From Mytilus californianus (lineage: Eukaryota): a DNA stretch of 64,000 bases. A program made the translations under genes and the position numbers. The stretch lies in the NCBI RefSeq assembly GCF_021869535.1, contig NW_026262679.1:123752001-123816000 (forward strand). The letters run 5' to 3'. Below the pieces are notes generated by a model. It did not search any database, was not told the origin of the DNA, and saw only the letters and a program-made list of their open reading frames with translations. Positions within the stretch are counted from its first letter, which is position 1. Each line of letters begins with the position of its first letter. This document shows, piece after piece, positions 10,701 through 24,609 of the stretch.

Positions 10701-13228
10701 GTTTATGAGCACACCACTGTTTATTAAGTCCTTTTAGTAATAACATGCACAAGTAACATCTTAACTGAGATATGTAAACGGATTGAGTAGAGGGTACGTT
10801 ACTGATTAGATTTGGAAAGTTGGCAATTGGAAAGTTGAAATAATAATATTAACTGTTTTAAAATTGTTTTGTTCTATCCGTCTGTCTGTCGGGTAGTTAA
10901 AAATAATTTGTCACATCAATTTTTTCTGCCATTTTACTTCGTACCAAGCTATAAGTTTGGTAATCTGAAATAATGATAGGAAACTAAAAGCACTTACTGA
11001 TGTCTTAGTATATAATGTCACCATTGCTAAATTCCTTAACGAATAATTTTTAAAATTACTTAACACATGGATACTTTTGATTGATCCGTTATCCTGACCT
11101 TTAAATTTAAAATCCCCTGCGTGATAAGGACGTATTGCGGTCAACTCGACTTACTGAATCGCAGTGCGACCGTATATAAACATAAGCTTCATGTCATTGT
11201 TTTCCTTCGTTGATTATTCATATGTATACATACAAAAACGCTTCAATTGTGAGTAAAACGTAATTATATTTGCGTAATGGAGAAGACATTTATTTGGTTG
11301 TCTTATCCATTTGTCTTGTATGATTTCCGCAATACAAAATGTTTGAATAAGTCAGTTTTACCTTTTGGGCGTAGTTGGCAGTGGATATAATAACAAATGA
11401 AAAAAAAACATTCCTTTTATATTACTTTTCTGGAGCACCAGAGTTCACCATGCGTCATTTTGGGCCATTTGTTCAATATCTGGATTTCTGTTCCGTTTTT
11501 ATTGAATGCTAATTGGTTTTTTGACGTTTTGGGTGTTTTTCATTGTTTTTGTCTGTTTTTCATCGATCCATGGTTGTAATTGTCCACTTGTATCATCCCT
11601 TTTCATAAGGTATTTTCGTAGTCATCTACCAAATGTTTTGTGGATCTGAAACATTTTATCTTTAGACTAAAGGCAAAAGCATTAAAGTGGCTTTCAAATA
11701 CAAAATTTCTTAAAATATTTGTTAGTAATATGCATGAATATTCATAGTTTTTCTTAAATTCATAACTAATTTAAAAGCAAGACGGTCGTTCACCACGAGG
11801 CAGCTGTTTTCTCATTATATTGCATATAGATGTTCATATCGACTGTACGGTATGAGTTTTATCATTGTTGAAGATTGTACGGTTGTCTATAACTGCTCAC
11901 GTCCGTTTCATTTCAACTTTGGTGGATAGTTGTCTCATTGGTAATCATACCACATCTCCTTATCTTTACATTGTAAAAGGATTACATAGACTTTAGTAAT
12001 ACATGTTTGACTGCTTCCAATAAAATATGTGATATGTATCATGATTTTATATTCAATCTATCTGTATGCCAAATTTGTACATAACATAATATAGATGTTT
12101 TGGAAATATAACTGTAATAATAATATATACAACTGAAGCACATAATTCGAATACGGGAAAAGCATTTTAATATTTTTTTAAATAGTTTGTCAAAAAAAAA
12201 TGAATGAAATAAAACACCTCATCTACAGTCGTTGGTTATCAACCCTTTTTGGATTTATTTAGTAGTTTTATGTTTTGTTTTTTGTTGTTTTATTTTTAGG
12301 CATTCTTATACTTTCGATCCCAATTCATCCTTTTGACCTTTTCCATAAAATAAACAACTTGCTATTCATGTAGTAACGAATTCTCTGACACAACAAACAT
12401 ATTTCTTAGGTTTATTTATGTCGTCGTCTCATTGTGATCTGAACTTGTTTTTACTTGATCCATTCTGCTCACTGATAAAGATGCTAACTAATACCATAAA
12501 TAGAAAGATTTAAAAAAGATCGTGTTGGCCATGCTGAAAATATTTCACATGGGTTGTAAAAGAATAACATCATATTAAATTGTAAGCATTACAATATCAG
12601 CAACACAAAACCCACTTGACAGCTGATGATACTTATGTCGTATGGTCATTTCAAATCGCATTACTCTTGTTTCCGTAGAGCGAATAGCTTTTCATATAAT
12701 AAAACAATACTGTCGAGTGCATCAACGTCAAAAACATTTTACAACTGTAAAACAACTTTGTCTGAGTAATTTGGAGTCTTTGGTGAATTTATTCAAAATA
12801 ACTAGTCATTAAAGTTAATATTTCATAATAGTCATGTAACTTTTTCTCGAAGCACTGACAAAAAATGCGGATGATAAAGTCCAATAACAGTTATTGTTAA
12901 AATAAAGTATAACAAACACAATAGATTAATGTCAGTAATACTTTATAGAAAAATTTCTTTTAATGTCAAGGATTTGTTTTGTCTGATATGATTTTAAAGG
13001 GGATTAGAAGAAAAATGTACCAGACAAACATTTTTCATGGTTTACTAGGAAATAACTAATACATCAGCCTCAAAGCAAGATCAAGAAGTCCCTTAACAGC
13101 GACTTATTATCCGACCATCAACTTTAGAAATATATTCATCGTAAAGTACTAAGTATGTGTAGAAAACGTTTCCAATACTGCAGAAAGTGAATAAGCAAGG
13201 AATATAGTTTCGAAGTATCAGTGCATAT

Positions 13229-13805
13229 AAAAAGTAAAATCACAAAAATACTGAACTCCGAAGAAAATTCAAAACGGAAAGTCCCTAATCAAATGGCAAA
13301 ATCAAAAGCTCAAACGCATCAAACGAATGGATAACAACTGTCATATTCCTGACCTGGTACAGGCATTTTCTTATGTAGAAAATGGTGGATTGAACCTGGT
13401 TTTATAGCTAGCTAAACCTCTCACTTGTATGACAGTCGCATCAAATTCCATTATATTGACAACGATGCGTGAACAACACCAACAGACATAATAGGTAAAA
13501 ATGTCACGAATAGGGGTACAGCAGTCAACATTGTGTTATAATCTTAATCACAATAAAAACAAACAAATATTTAACAAAGAAGCACAAAAGGGCATATATC
13601 AAATTTAACAACCTCATTCATTGCTTTCTTATTTTTGTATTTTATTTATGTATGTTAAATCCACCCATAAAAAATTGAAAGATTTTAAGTACTGGGACCG
13701 AATGATTAGATTAACATTAACTCTGACGTAGAATCGTGCGTTTGACGTCAGAATATAAACGTCACACAGGTAGAGATATAAAATAATTTTGTCGTTCAAA
13801 GTATG
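13229..13805 (+). mobile_element. Same interspersed element family, near full length
   Basis: aaaagtaaaatcac...gtcgttcaaagtatga. Further copies are at 36565-36960, 48969-49349 and 50270-50415, with fragments near 4240-4400, 26095-26250 and 52500-52600. Confidence 0.8.
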
Positions 13806-14229
13806 AAAAGAATATAGTCTATAGTTCTTTTAAGCATATCCTCTGCAGAATGTAAATCAGAAGTTTACCTTGTCCTTCTTGCCACTTGTCTATAGGTTTA
13901 TTGTGTATTTCTTCTAAAAAAAGAGCCACGTCATTATGTATCAAAGAAACACAAAAGGGCACACAGACAAAGCACCAGCAAACACGAAAGATAAGATCAC
14001 AAAAATTATAATAAAACAATAACACAATGGCGGGATGTCCAAGTACAGAGCACAAAAGAAACACAAAAAGTCACACGGACAAAGCACATAAGCAAAAATG
14101 AAAGATAATACAAACAACACAATGACGGGATGCATAAGTACAGAGCCAGGTCAAATGGATATCACAGATAACAGACCAAACAGTAAAGGTAATATCAATA
14201 AAGACAAATAAAAGAATACTATAACACGT

Positions 14230-14680
14230 TATTAAGATGATAAACAACGTCAGTACGCAGAATCTATACTTTAAGACCATTGTGTATTATTTGTGAAGTT
14301 GATACGGAATATTTATCAACAAGGTCTTGGTACCTTTAAATAAACTTTTTAAGAAAAAGGACGAGACGTTCTTTTACATAACCCTGGTTCATCAACTTTC
14401 TGCTTAGACACTGGTGACGTTTTACAAAGTCTGAGTAGGAGCTGCAAGCTCTTGAATACCGAATAAGTTGGGAAATGTATATCTCATATGCAGGTGAAGT
14501 TGGTATATTGCTACTAAGGTGGGGGAAATTGATAATTTCAAAATTAAAATCGTCTCGTTTGTCATAGATTCTGTTACTGAGATGACTGTGTATGTCAAAT
14601 TCGAGGTATAAGTCTAAAGATGAGGCGGAGGAAGCCGTATCTGTTGTTTCTTTAATTTCTAATATGCAACTCATATACAC
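14230..14680 (-). pseudogene. PLE RT C-terminal fragment of a different subfamily (copy 1 only)
   Basis: ORF 14336-14680: LEIKETTDTASSASSLDLYLE...IYDKRDDFNFEIINFPHLSSNIPTSPAYEIYISQLIRYSRAC. Confidence 0.85.
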
Positions 14681-14979
14681 GTCAGGCTACACTTATCATA
14701 TTTCGGAAAAATTATAAATCATAAAATTATACAGTTTTATGCATTAAAATATGTTTTACAACCACTGGGGCGATGCCACTGCTAGTGGAGTTTTTCTTCC
14801 TGAGGGTATCACAGTCGGGTGTCTATGATGAGTTGATTTTTTAAATATTTATTTTTTGGAAGTTGTTTTAATACTAATAAATGTCAAACACAGACATGGA
14901 AATTTTAAGTTCTATAAAAATTGTACGAGTTCCATTTGAACAGAGCTTATACAGAGCTTTTAATACAAAATGTTTTGGA

Positions 14980-15620
14980 TCATGTAACATCTTACTTAGT
15001 GAAAAACCGCATTGATTCCTACAACGAATACACTGAAGATGATATCCACAAAATCCTGGACCTTCTTTATCGACAACATATTTCAAGAGTATTGTGGATT
15101 GAAATGTCAACAGTTAATTTCATTTTCAGATATATTGATGATATCCTGTCACTCAATAACCTTCATTCCAATAAGTGCTTGCATCTCATCCCAGTGAACT
15201 TAAGATTAGGGATACTACCAGATCGATTAGGTCTGCTTAATATCTTGATCTTTTCCTTGATATTGAGACACCTGGACAACTTTGAACTAGAATATATGAC
15301 AAACGTAATGATTTCAACTGTCAAATTGTCATTTTTTTAATTTCTCAGCAGTAACATACCCTGTACGTATACTCCGACGTTTGGCGTTTACTTGTCTCAG
15401 TTAATACGTTGCACTCGTTCATGTGTCAATGTCTTCGTTAACAGGGATATGCTCCTTCTACAAAACCTACTCCAACAGAGTTCCGAAAAATGGCGAATAC
15501 AATGACAGTTCAACAGTGTGACGATCACCACCACAAATTGGATGCCTGATACGATGCGTCAGCGTTTCAACTCACCAGCGAAATGTCTTTACATACCAGT
15601 ATAGTCGTATAATCTGTAAT
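14980..15620 (+). pseudogene. Degenerate PLE RT fragment
   Basis: YTEDDIHKILD and FRYIDDILSLNN motifs, with frameshifts. The 3' part is paralogous to 36960-37270. Confidence 0.8.
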
Positions 15621-16719
15621 TGTACCGATTGTTTCCTATTCTCTATTGTAAATGAAAAAAATCAGATATTACAAAAAGAGGTCCAGTTTAAAGTTCATGT
15701 AATTCTACTTTAACTGAGATTACAAATCCCTCTCGTAAATTTGGTTTAAAAAGTTTGCAAAGCTATATTGAATTTTTACTATGTTCCCGTATATTCATGT
15801 AGGAGTTTCTAATAAACAATTTGGTCTCTAGTTTACATGTAATAAAAATTACAAAAAATAATTAGATTCCTTTCATTAATTCGTCAGCTGAGTAATTTAT
15901 TCTTCGATAACGACATGATTTATAACGTACCTTTCTTAAATTGCCCGTATATAAAGTTTTCACGAACTCCTTCAGGCAAAGTTGACCTTGGATTAATTTG
16001 GCAGTTGTTTTTAGGTCCCTTTTAATCAAACAGCTATCCAAGAGTTTCGTTACTTATACATCCTTTGATTTCAAATATTTGACTTCAAGCGTTCCTGGTG
16101 AAATTCTTAAAAGCACGTCTGACGCATACATTGATAAATTGTAATTTTACTTTTGTAATAGATTTATTCTGTAATCATGTACTTTAATTTGTAACTAGAC
16201 TATTTTTTGTATTCTGAAACATATCAACAATTCTTATTGTCTGCCTTTTTTACATATCGATTATATCCAATTAATTTTTTTTATCAAACCTGGGCAAAAA
16301 CTACTTCAAAACATTGATATATCTGTTAATATGCCACAGAGTATAACTATTACCTCAGTCCTTGAATATTAACTTCGGCTAGATATATAATAGGTATTCC
16401 TCAATAGTGATTGGATTAAATACTTAATATAATCAGCAATCAAAGACCGGCTTCAATGTTCTCTAGTGGCGGTGAGAATTAGACAAGGATACTCAAAGTA
16501 TCAAAAGATGCGTTAAAGTACATACAATCCTCTTGTAATAATATAAAAGCATTTACCCAAATATTCCCCATTCGAAACTAAAAGACAAATTGAAAGAAAT
16601 ATGGTCCTACTTTATGTTATAAAGAAAAATGCCCAACGCTTGTTTGGGATAAATCATACTATTTAGAAAAAAGTATAAACAAAAATACCAGGTAAATAAA
16701 AAAAAGGATGAAAAGCCAC

Positions 16720-17068
16720 TATGATTCAAACAAGATATTTTCGAAAATTGATATTATCCAGATGCTTGATTTCCTGGAACAACATACTTGTTTCGTTTGG
16801 AAGGCGTGTTTTTCAACAAAACATTTTATGGGAACCAACTGTGCTCCTTTTATTGTAACTAGTTCCTGTTATTCATAAGAGGAACACTTCATACAGTAGC
16901 TTCTTACGAAGAAAGAAGCTAGCATTATCCTTTAAGTTCACATTCAGATGATGTTTATTCACTTAATAATTCAAAGCGTGGTGAACGCATTTTGAACGTA
17001 TCTATTCCATCGAAAGAAATTGAAATAAAGGTTATAGTTAAGTCTATCTCATATCTTGAATTACATAT
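16720..17068 (+). pseudogene. Degenerate PLE RT fragment
   Basis: atgggaaccaactgtgctcc (MGTNCAP) motif. The paralogue at 38560-39030 retains SYIDDVYSLN. Confidence 0.75.
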
Positions 17069-19796
17069 ATATATTTCTAAACCGTCGGGATGGCGCCTAT
17101 AAAACAGAAGAGGTGACACCAACATTAGTATCAAGAAATATGCGTTTTATAGCACTGTTTTACACAACAACCTTCTTAAACGGTAATCATGATAGAAAAC
17201 ACAAGCTCATATCAGCTGGGAGAAAGCTTCTCTATCGTTTGGTACTTCTGGAGTGTTATAGTATTTTGAATTGATATGCAAGACACAGAAATTGAAAGCT
17301 GTGGTAGCAATTTTTAAGAATACTCTTCAACAACTGCCATTGATGTAAACTGAGGATTTAAAAATAAACTGAAAAAGGGTATTAACTGTCGTTTGAAGTT
17401 TAATTAATCTTTGAACCCGCTGCATCTTTATAGTCGCAATTCATATTCTGTTAAAGAAATGATGATCATCAAACCACCGAGACAACCAAGCAATCAATTA
17501 TGCAATATTTGAATATAAGAAAGGCCTTTAAAACTAAAGTATAACGATTGAAACATTAGCATACAGATTTAAACGATGTTCCACTGCAAATATTAAGGTT
17601 GTTTGGTAAGGGGTCTATGATATAGATAGTCTTTTCAGTGGTCTAAGAGATTAAAAAATTATGATTTCACTTAATTTCAAAGTTAAAGAATAAATGCTTA
17701 CAATAAAGTGAGTTTATTTTGATATCGAAGGAGTGTTCGCTTTTGGTGATGACTTAAGTAATAATTTTATTTTGAATAAATCAAAATAAAAGTATATTAT
17801 CTTTTTGACAGGCGAGAAGATAAATTCGTTTAATTTATTGATATTTCCAACAAACACTAATTAGATATATAATCGTTCTTTTCCATTAATCATTTGATAG
17901 AATGACATGCAATGTATAAGAACTACATGAAATAAAATTATTACTACCTTATATAGACTAATATGAGGGGACTCTAGTAATGAGAACAGCTTCTGTTTCA
18001 AACAAATGGATAAGCCAAACGAAAAGATTAATGTAAAGATTGTACTTAGTTATGGATTGTTGCAACGAGAACTACTGTATGGATAACACACGGCCTGTTG
18101 ACAGAATAAAACTTATTAAAGACAAGTCAGATGTTTCGCTGAAGATCATTAAGAGCAACAAAAAAACAAAAACAAATAAGCTTAAACAGGGCTCCACACA
18201 CGCCTTAAAATAACCAACCCGTCTCAGGACAACTATTATAATCATGTTAAGTTTAGATTTACTTAATAATTATATCAGTTTCAGAACAATAAATTGATAA
18301 TCTATATAGATTTATATTTTGTAATTAATATTGAGAGTAAGAATTTTTTTTAAATAATACGAAGGTAGTTTTCGGAATTATTGTTAACATTTTATAAAAT
18401 CGTGTAAAAAAATGGAATGTTGTCGTGAAAATACAGGACTATAAATAAACTCATCATAGATACTAGGCTTAAAATTTAGTATAATATTCACTTTATAATA
18501 CAAACACACAGTATTATAGTATATAAATACGTTATAAACGGTACCCTCAATAACAACAACAATAATCGAGAATATCAAAATAAGTTTGATGTGTCTACAG
18601 ACTATACAAAATTATATTGTCCATTGATTGATTATATGATTCAATGAATTATTGCCGTTTTACTTCTATAGTCTTGATAACCAAAGGTCAGTCAGATGGG
18701 ATGGTAAAATTATCCATCCTTCAATTGGTTTAACTGGTTAATATTGGCGAATGTGTGGAAAGGTCGGTTTGAAAATTTTCAATGTTAAGTTATGCAATTA
18801 AATTTTGTTTTAAATGATTATTTTTCAAGATTCAAAAATTTGTTAGATTTTGCTTTATGTTTTCAACTGAAAATGACGAATATTCAAATATGCTGTTATT
18901 AAACATTCAGAAGATTGACAACACAGGGAAATTCCTACACATCATTAAACATGACAAAAATGAAAACAAGATCATATTGGTGATATACTTCCTTTACAGT
19001 ACAAATGAATTATATGGTCGAATTAATGCTTTTGACAGCATAATTATTGAGAACCTATTGATAAAAGTAACCTAAAGCTATCCACAGAAAATTGTGAAAG
19101 TAACGGTAATTAGGTGTACATTCAAATTTAGGAATTATATAAATTGGACTGTTTCTATGCGAAAATAAAAGCAATCTTTGAAATCAAATCATACTGATAA
19201 AATGGAAATGATGATATGTCCAATAACCTTTCAAAACAATATAATTAGATAATGTAATGAAATTTTGTAGAGGTAAAGGAAAACACTTTCTTCATTTGTA
19301 TTGCTAGAAATGGTGAGGATAGTTGTAAGGACAACCTCATAAACAGATAAATTTGAATGAAAACAAAAATTTTGCTTGCCTCAAAGTCTGCTTCTTTGTC
19401 AAACTTCATATGTATTTAACTTGCTTAATACCGCTTAAAAATCAAATTTGCCTGGTTGAAAACTTTTTATTACGGGATGTACGAGGAATAATATCCATGT
19501 CTGTATTAAAATTTAAAGGATTATTATATATATTGTCGTGATGTACAAAATATTAACAAAAAGGAATTACCTATTGCTATCTTTACAGCTTCGTAAGATT
19601 CATCAATGTTTTTTCTCACAAACATAACAGTGTGAAATAAGACAGCATCAATTCCATAGCTAAAAATAATTACATTCTGTTCATGACAAGTGTTACTGTT
19701 TCAACAATTGTCCATTTCATACTAATAGGTGCATTACAATTAAGAAGATCTTACAATATCAAAGACAACTTTGCCTAAGCGAGCTGGAATCTTAGG

Positions 19797-20840
19797 TGAA
19801 ATTATTAAAAATATCAAGTCGTTTAGAATAATATTTTATATTTAAAATTATGTCAAAGCGCTGAATACTGAGCTGATAACAAATCCCATAAAAAGTAAAC
19901 GTAAATCTTCCATGTGTATATAACGCTATCTATAAATGTCAATTATACTTAATATACACTTAATCAGGCATATCCTTGAATGTCACAGCTGAATTCGTTT
20001 GCACGGATTCATGAGACAAGCATTGTTCTTGAAATACCAGGAAATTCTAACAGCAAGAACAAGACATCCTCTGAAATAATTGAATTAATACTCTGATATT
20101 CATTTAAGAAGCACTAGGTATTTACGAAAGAAGTAAATAATACTGCATATGGAATATAGATTAAAGTAAGAGTTGTTTACCGATATTCAAATCCCATAAA
20201 TGTATTAATAAGACAATTCAAAGTCACACATATACTGAGGGAATCGTATGACCACCAAAAGAGGCAAGACCAGGTGCGTCCAACGGATAAGCGGCTCCTG
20301 TCATGTATGCAACACCCGTGAAATTATTAAAAATATCAAGTCGTTTAGAATAATATTTTATATTTAAAATTATGTCAGAGCGCTGAATACTGAGCTGATA
20401 ACTAATCCCATAAAAAGTAAACGTACATCTTCCATGTGTATATAACGCTATCTATAAATGTCAATTATACTTAATATACACTTAATCAGGCATATCCTTG
20501 AATGTCACAGCTGAATTCGTTTGCACGGATTCATGAGACAAGCATTGTTCTTGAAATGCCAGGATTTTCTAACAGCAAGAACAAGACATCCTCTGAAATT
20601 ATTGAATTAATACTCTGATATTCATTTAAGAAGCACTAGGTATTTACGAAAGACGTAAATAATACTGCATATGGAATATAAATTAAAGTAAGAGTAGTTT
20701 ACCGATATTCAAATCCCATAAATGTATTAATAAGACAATTCAAAGTCACACATATACTGAGGGAATCGTATGACCACCAAAAGAGGCAAGACCAGGTGCG
20801 TCCAACGGATAAGCGTCTCCTGTCATGTATGCAACACCCG
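19797..20840. repeat. Near-perfect tandem duplication, 522-bp unit x2
   Basis: gtgaaattattaaaaatatcaag occurs at 19796 and 20318. Both units end in gcaacacccg (20318, 20840). Confidence 0.95.
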
Positions 20841-21827
20841 CCATGCGAATCCACACTCAAAATATCACTATCAGGAATATGACACAATCGGTAAAAAAAA
20901 CATGTAAGACGACTATTCTGGTAACTTAAAATCCGATATTGTGGAAACATTTCGCTAGTGAGTTGAGAAACAGACATCTCTACTTGTTAAACGAACTTTT
21001 GATGGTGAATATAATACTAATGAAGTGTCAAATTCATTCGTTCTTCCTTACTCTGTTGGTGCTGTTTTTGTGTAAGGAGCACACCCCTGCTTATGAAGTC
21101 CGTATAGTATAATTAAGCCAAGTAAATCTATTTGTAAACGCCATACGATGGTAAAAGGGTATGTTACTGCTGAGAAATAAGAAGATGACGATTGGAATTT
21201 TGAAATCATCGCGTATGTCATAGATTCTTGTTTGAAGTCGTTGTATAAGCAGATAAATACAAATAAATGTCATAGAAATGTTAAAACATGGGAGAGAAAC
21301 ATAATTATATCAGTAGAAAAGTACTTACAAACTTTTTTTTTCTATTTGAATTCTGTTCTTTATCATTCTGAACAAACTTTTATATGTCTTATATATGTTT
21401 CCAACAATCCAATATATAGATATATATATATATATATTTTAGCCTTGTTTATATATATATATATATATATATACGCAAGTCTAAATTGAAAACAACGTTC
21501 AAACCTATGATTGCGTAGGATAAAAACCACAACTTTTATACGTGTGCATGCAAAACAAATTTCTTGGTAAAGGGGTCTAAATACAGCACAAACAACATTT
21601 TCCAAAAGACCAAAAAAGTGAAAAAGTATATTTTAACAAAACGCATTTGACTAGGAGGTCGAACAACGGATGTTCTTAAACCCTGTTGACTGTCATTAGC
21701 GATTGCCAAACAAAATGATCACCAGATGTAACAAAATGGATCTTAAATATTAATTTAATATCAAACAAAAAACAATAAACTTGCGGAAAAGATGGTATAC
21801 CGCAAACAAAAGGTGCAAAAATTAGTA

Positions 21828-21869
21828 CACCATATCCGGATTTCGACAATTAATGTCTCTTCAGTGATG
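21828..21869 (-). ncRNA. Minimal type I hammerhead ribozyme, intact core (copy 2)
   Basis: Identical to 638-679. Confidence 0.85.
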
Positions 21870-22749
21870 TTAGGAATCGAAACGGTATTTGGAAGGTCAT
21901 ATAATTTACCCTAATTTAGGATAGACTCTTGAATTTTGAAGAGTCGAAATAGGATGAACGGATCATATAAACCCGAAAGCAAATATAATACAAGCCTAAA
22001 CGAAAAAATATAAACAAGTCTAAATTGAAAACAACGTTCAAACCTATGATTGCGTTGGATAAAAACCGCAATTTTTATACGTGTGCATGCAAAACAAATT
22101 TCTTGGTAAAGGGGTCTAAATACAGAACAAACAACATTTTCCAAAAGACCAAAAAAGTGACAAAGTATAAGTCTGAAAATTAAACCCAACAGTGTAAGAA
22201 TTAGATTTTTATACTGACAAATTTCTTAGCCTCATGTCCAGCGCTCTAGACAACTATATTATATATAATATTTATGGTTGTTTAATTGGTGGTGCTTCTG
22301 TTTTACTGTAAATATCATTAGAATCATTTTGATTCAAACAAAAATTACTACCACGATTGTTACATGGTGATTCAATAAGTAAAATCTGGTAGAGATCATT
22401 TATAATTGCCTTAAGTAGTAATATATTCTTTACGAAACTCATGCCAGAAAGACTATCTTTTATAATAAGCATGCAGTTTCCAATTATATTTGTTGATTAT
22501 TCTTGACACAATTGTTGTTTAGACTAAATGGTATGCAAATTCATCAAAATTTTGGATTAATTTTATCTTTGATACAATTCCATTAAAACAAAACGATTTG
22601 TGTCATTTTTACTCACATTAAATCATGTAAAAAATAAGAAAAAATAATGTAATGCCGCTTGTCCTATCCTTCATGTTTATCAATTTCAAGAAAGGAAGAT
22701 TCATTATCCGCTTAACAGATATGTCAATTTAATAAAAGATTGAGTTGTA

Positions 22750-23660
22750 AATTATCGTGCACTAATGCCGTTGCTGTTAATTTTTTTGTGACTTTCAACC
22801 CATCCTTTCATATAAGATTCCCCTACAGACATCATTCCTTCTTAGGAAATGTTTTCTTAATGCAGTCAATATATAAATTGTAAAACCGCATAAGAATCCA
22901 TACTTCTGTGATACAACATATAGATATTGAAAAATTGTTATAATAATTCTTATTTTGTGAAGAACCACACCGATTCTATCTGAAAATACACTGAAGATGA
23001 TATAATCAAAATGCTGGACTTTTTGATCGACAAAATATTTGTTGAGTTTGGAGGATTGATATTTCAACAGACAGTCGGTATTCCAATGGGTACTAATTGT
23101 GCACCCCTACTGGCCGATTTGTTTTTGTACTCGTAAAAGACAAAAAGAAAAAGCACCTTGTGAAATTCTTTAATTTTACTTTCAGATATATTTATGATGT
23201 CCTATTACTGAATAACCCATATTTCAGTCAGTACTTGCGTCTCATATATCCCAGTGAACTTGAAATTAAGGACACTACTGATAATAGAAGGACTGCTTCA
23301 TACCTTGATCTTTTCCTCAATATTGACACAGATGGACGACTTCAGACTAAAATCTATAACAAACGGGATGATTTCAACTTCCCAATTATCAATTTCCCAT
23401 TTCTCAGCAGTAACATACCCTCTGTCCCGTCGTATGGTGTTTACATTTTACATATCTCAATTGATACGTTATGCTCGTGCATGTTCATACTATACGGACT
23501 TCATATACAGGAGTGTGCTCCTTACGCAGAAACTGCTCCAACAGAGTTATGAGGAGGAAAGATTAAAAATGACAGTCCGTAAATTTTATGGACACCATAA
23601 TCAATTTGTTGATCTACTAATGTTCTAAAAAAATAAATAATCTGACACACCGGTCAGTAA
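22750..23660 (+). pseudogene. PLE reverse transcriptase, copy 2
   Basis: Paralogue of 1560-2500 with an extra internal deletion near 23134 and RYIYD at the catalytic motif. Confidence 0.9.
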
Positions 23661-23729
23661 CGGCCCTTAATTTCTTAATAAAAGCCCTTGACTCCAGACA
23701 TTATTTATGGATACTAAGGATTTTCTACC

Positions 23730-24609
23730 TTCAGATAGCAATTATGAGCTTCTAATATCAAAACAAAATATCCTCTTGGGATCAGATATTATAGATATCT
23801 CTGGAAATTTTTTCACTGTTCTCATGAAGTACTATATTTATTCTTGTAGATTGAGCTCACTGTTACCTTGTGTTAAGATTGCACTAAAGAAATTGAAAAA
23901 TTATTATATTATTGAAAAACTTTCTTCCACCTTTCACAGTTCTCCTGCAATAGGTGAAAAAATAGGAAAAAAATGGGAACCATTTCAACAATTAATTTTA
24001 TGATACAAGAAAGATAACTCATACTTAACTGAAAATAAATGTGTAACACAACTGGATGCACATCACAATTGGACAGTGGTTAGTGTGCATCCTATAGATA
24101 TTATATATATGTATGTAAGAATTAAATGTGTGTTACTATGTTATGATAATAAGAGTTAAAATACTGTTTTTTATATGATTTCCAGATATTGTCGGGAAGA
24201 AAAAATAACAACAAAATACAAATGTATGTCATTATATATATAATTTTCTTTACGAGTACATGTAGGAATAGAGTAACTATTGTTGCATCAATAATAATAA
24301 TAATCTTTAAATATCATTTTAATCATATATAAANNNNNNNNNNNNNNNNNNNNNNNNNNNNNNNNNNNNNNNNNNNNNNNNNNNNNNNNNNNNNNNNNNN
24401 NNNNNNNNNNNNNNNNNNNNNNNNNNNNNNNNNNNNNNNNNNNNNNNNNNNNNNNNNNNNNNNNNNNNNNNNNNNNNNNNNNNNNNTAAGCGCTGACACT
24501 GGCAGGTCAAAACAAATAAACATGTATTGTATTCTTCTTTGATAGAAAAAATGCATATAATTATTGTATGAGATGAAGAAATACAAAATAAAGAATTATA
24601 AAAAAAAAA
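23730..24609 (+). mobile_element. Poly(A)-tailed insertion with 14-bp TSD, spanning the assembly gap
   Basis: aaggattttctacc is at 23716-23729 and 24610-24623, but occurs once in copy 1 (2557-2570). AATAAA is at 24587-24592, followed by an A-run at 24600-24611. Confidence 0.7.
24334..24486. other. Assembly gap (N run)
   Basis: Run of n characters; the true size is unknown. Confidence 1.

Larger units (their letters stand above)
1..17068 (+). repeat. Large duplicated block, copy 1 (begins before the window)
   Basis: Position 1 (ggtaagagggtatgttactgctgag) matches 21150. Colinear matches continue to ...tatcttgaattacatat at 17068 = 38877, interrupted by copy-specific indels. Confidence 0.95.

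Noticed and set aside
23867-23944. 78-nt minus-strand segment with good acceptor and donor signals
   Set aside because: Stop codons occur in all three frames.
24319-24586. ORFs across the N run
   Set aside because: They are artefacts of translating N characters.
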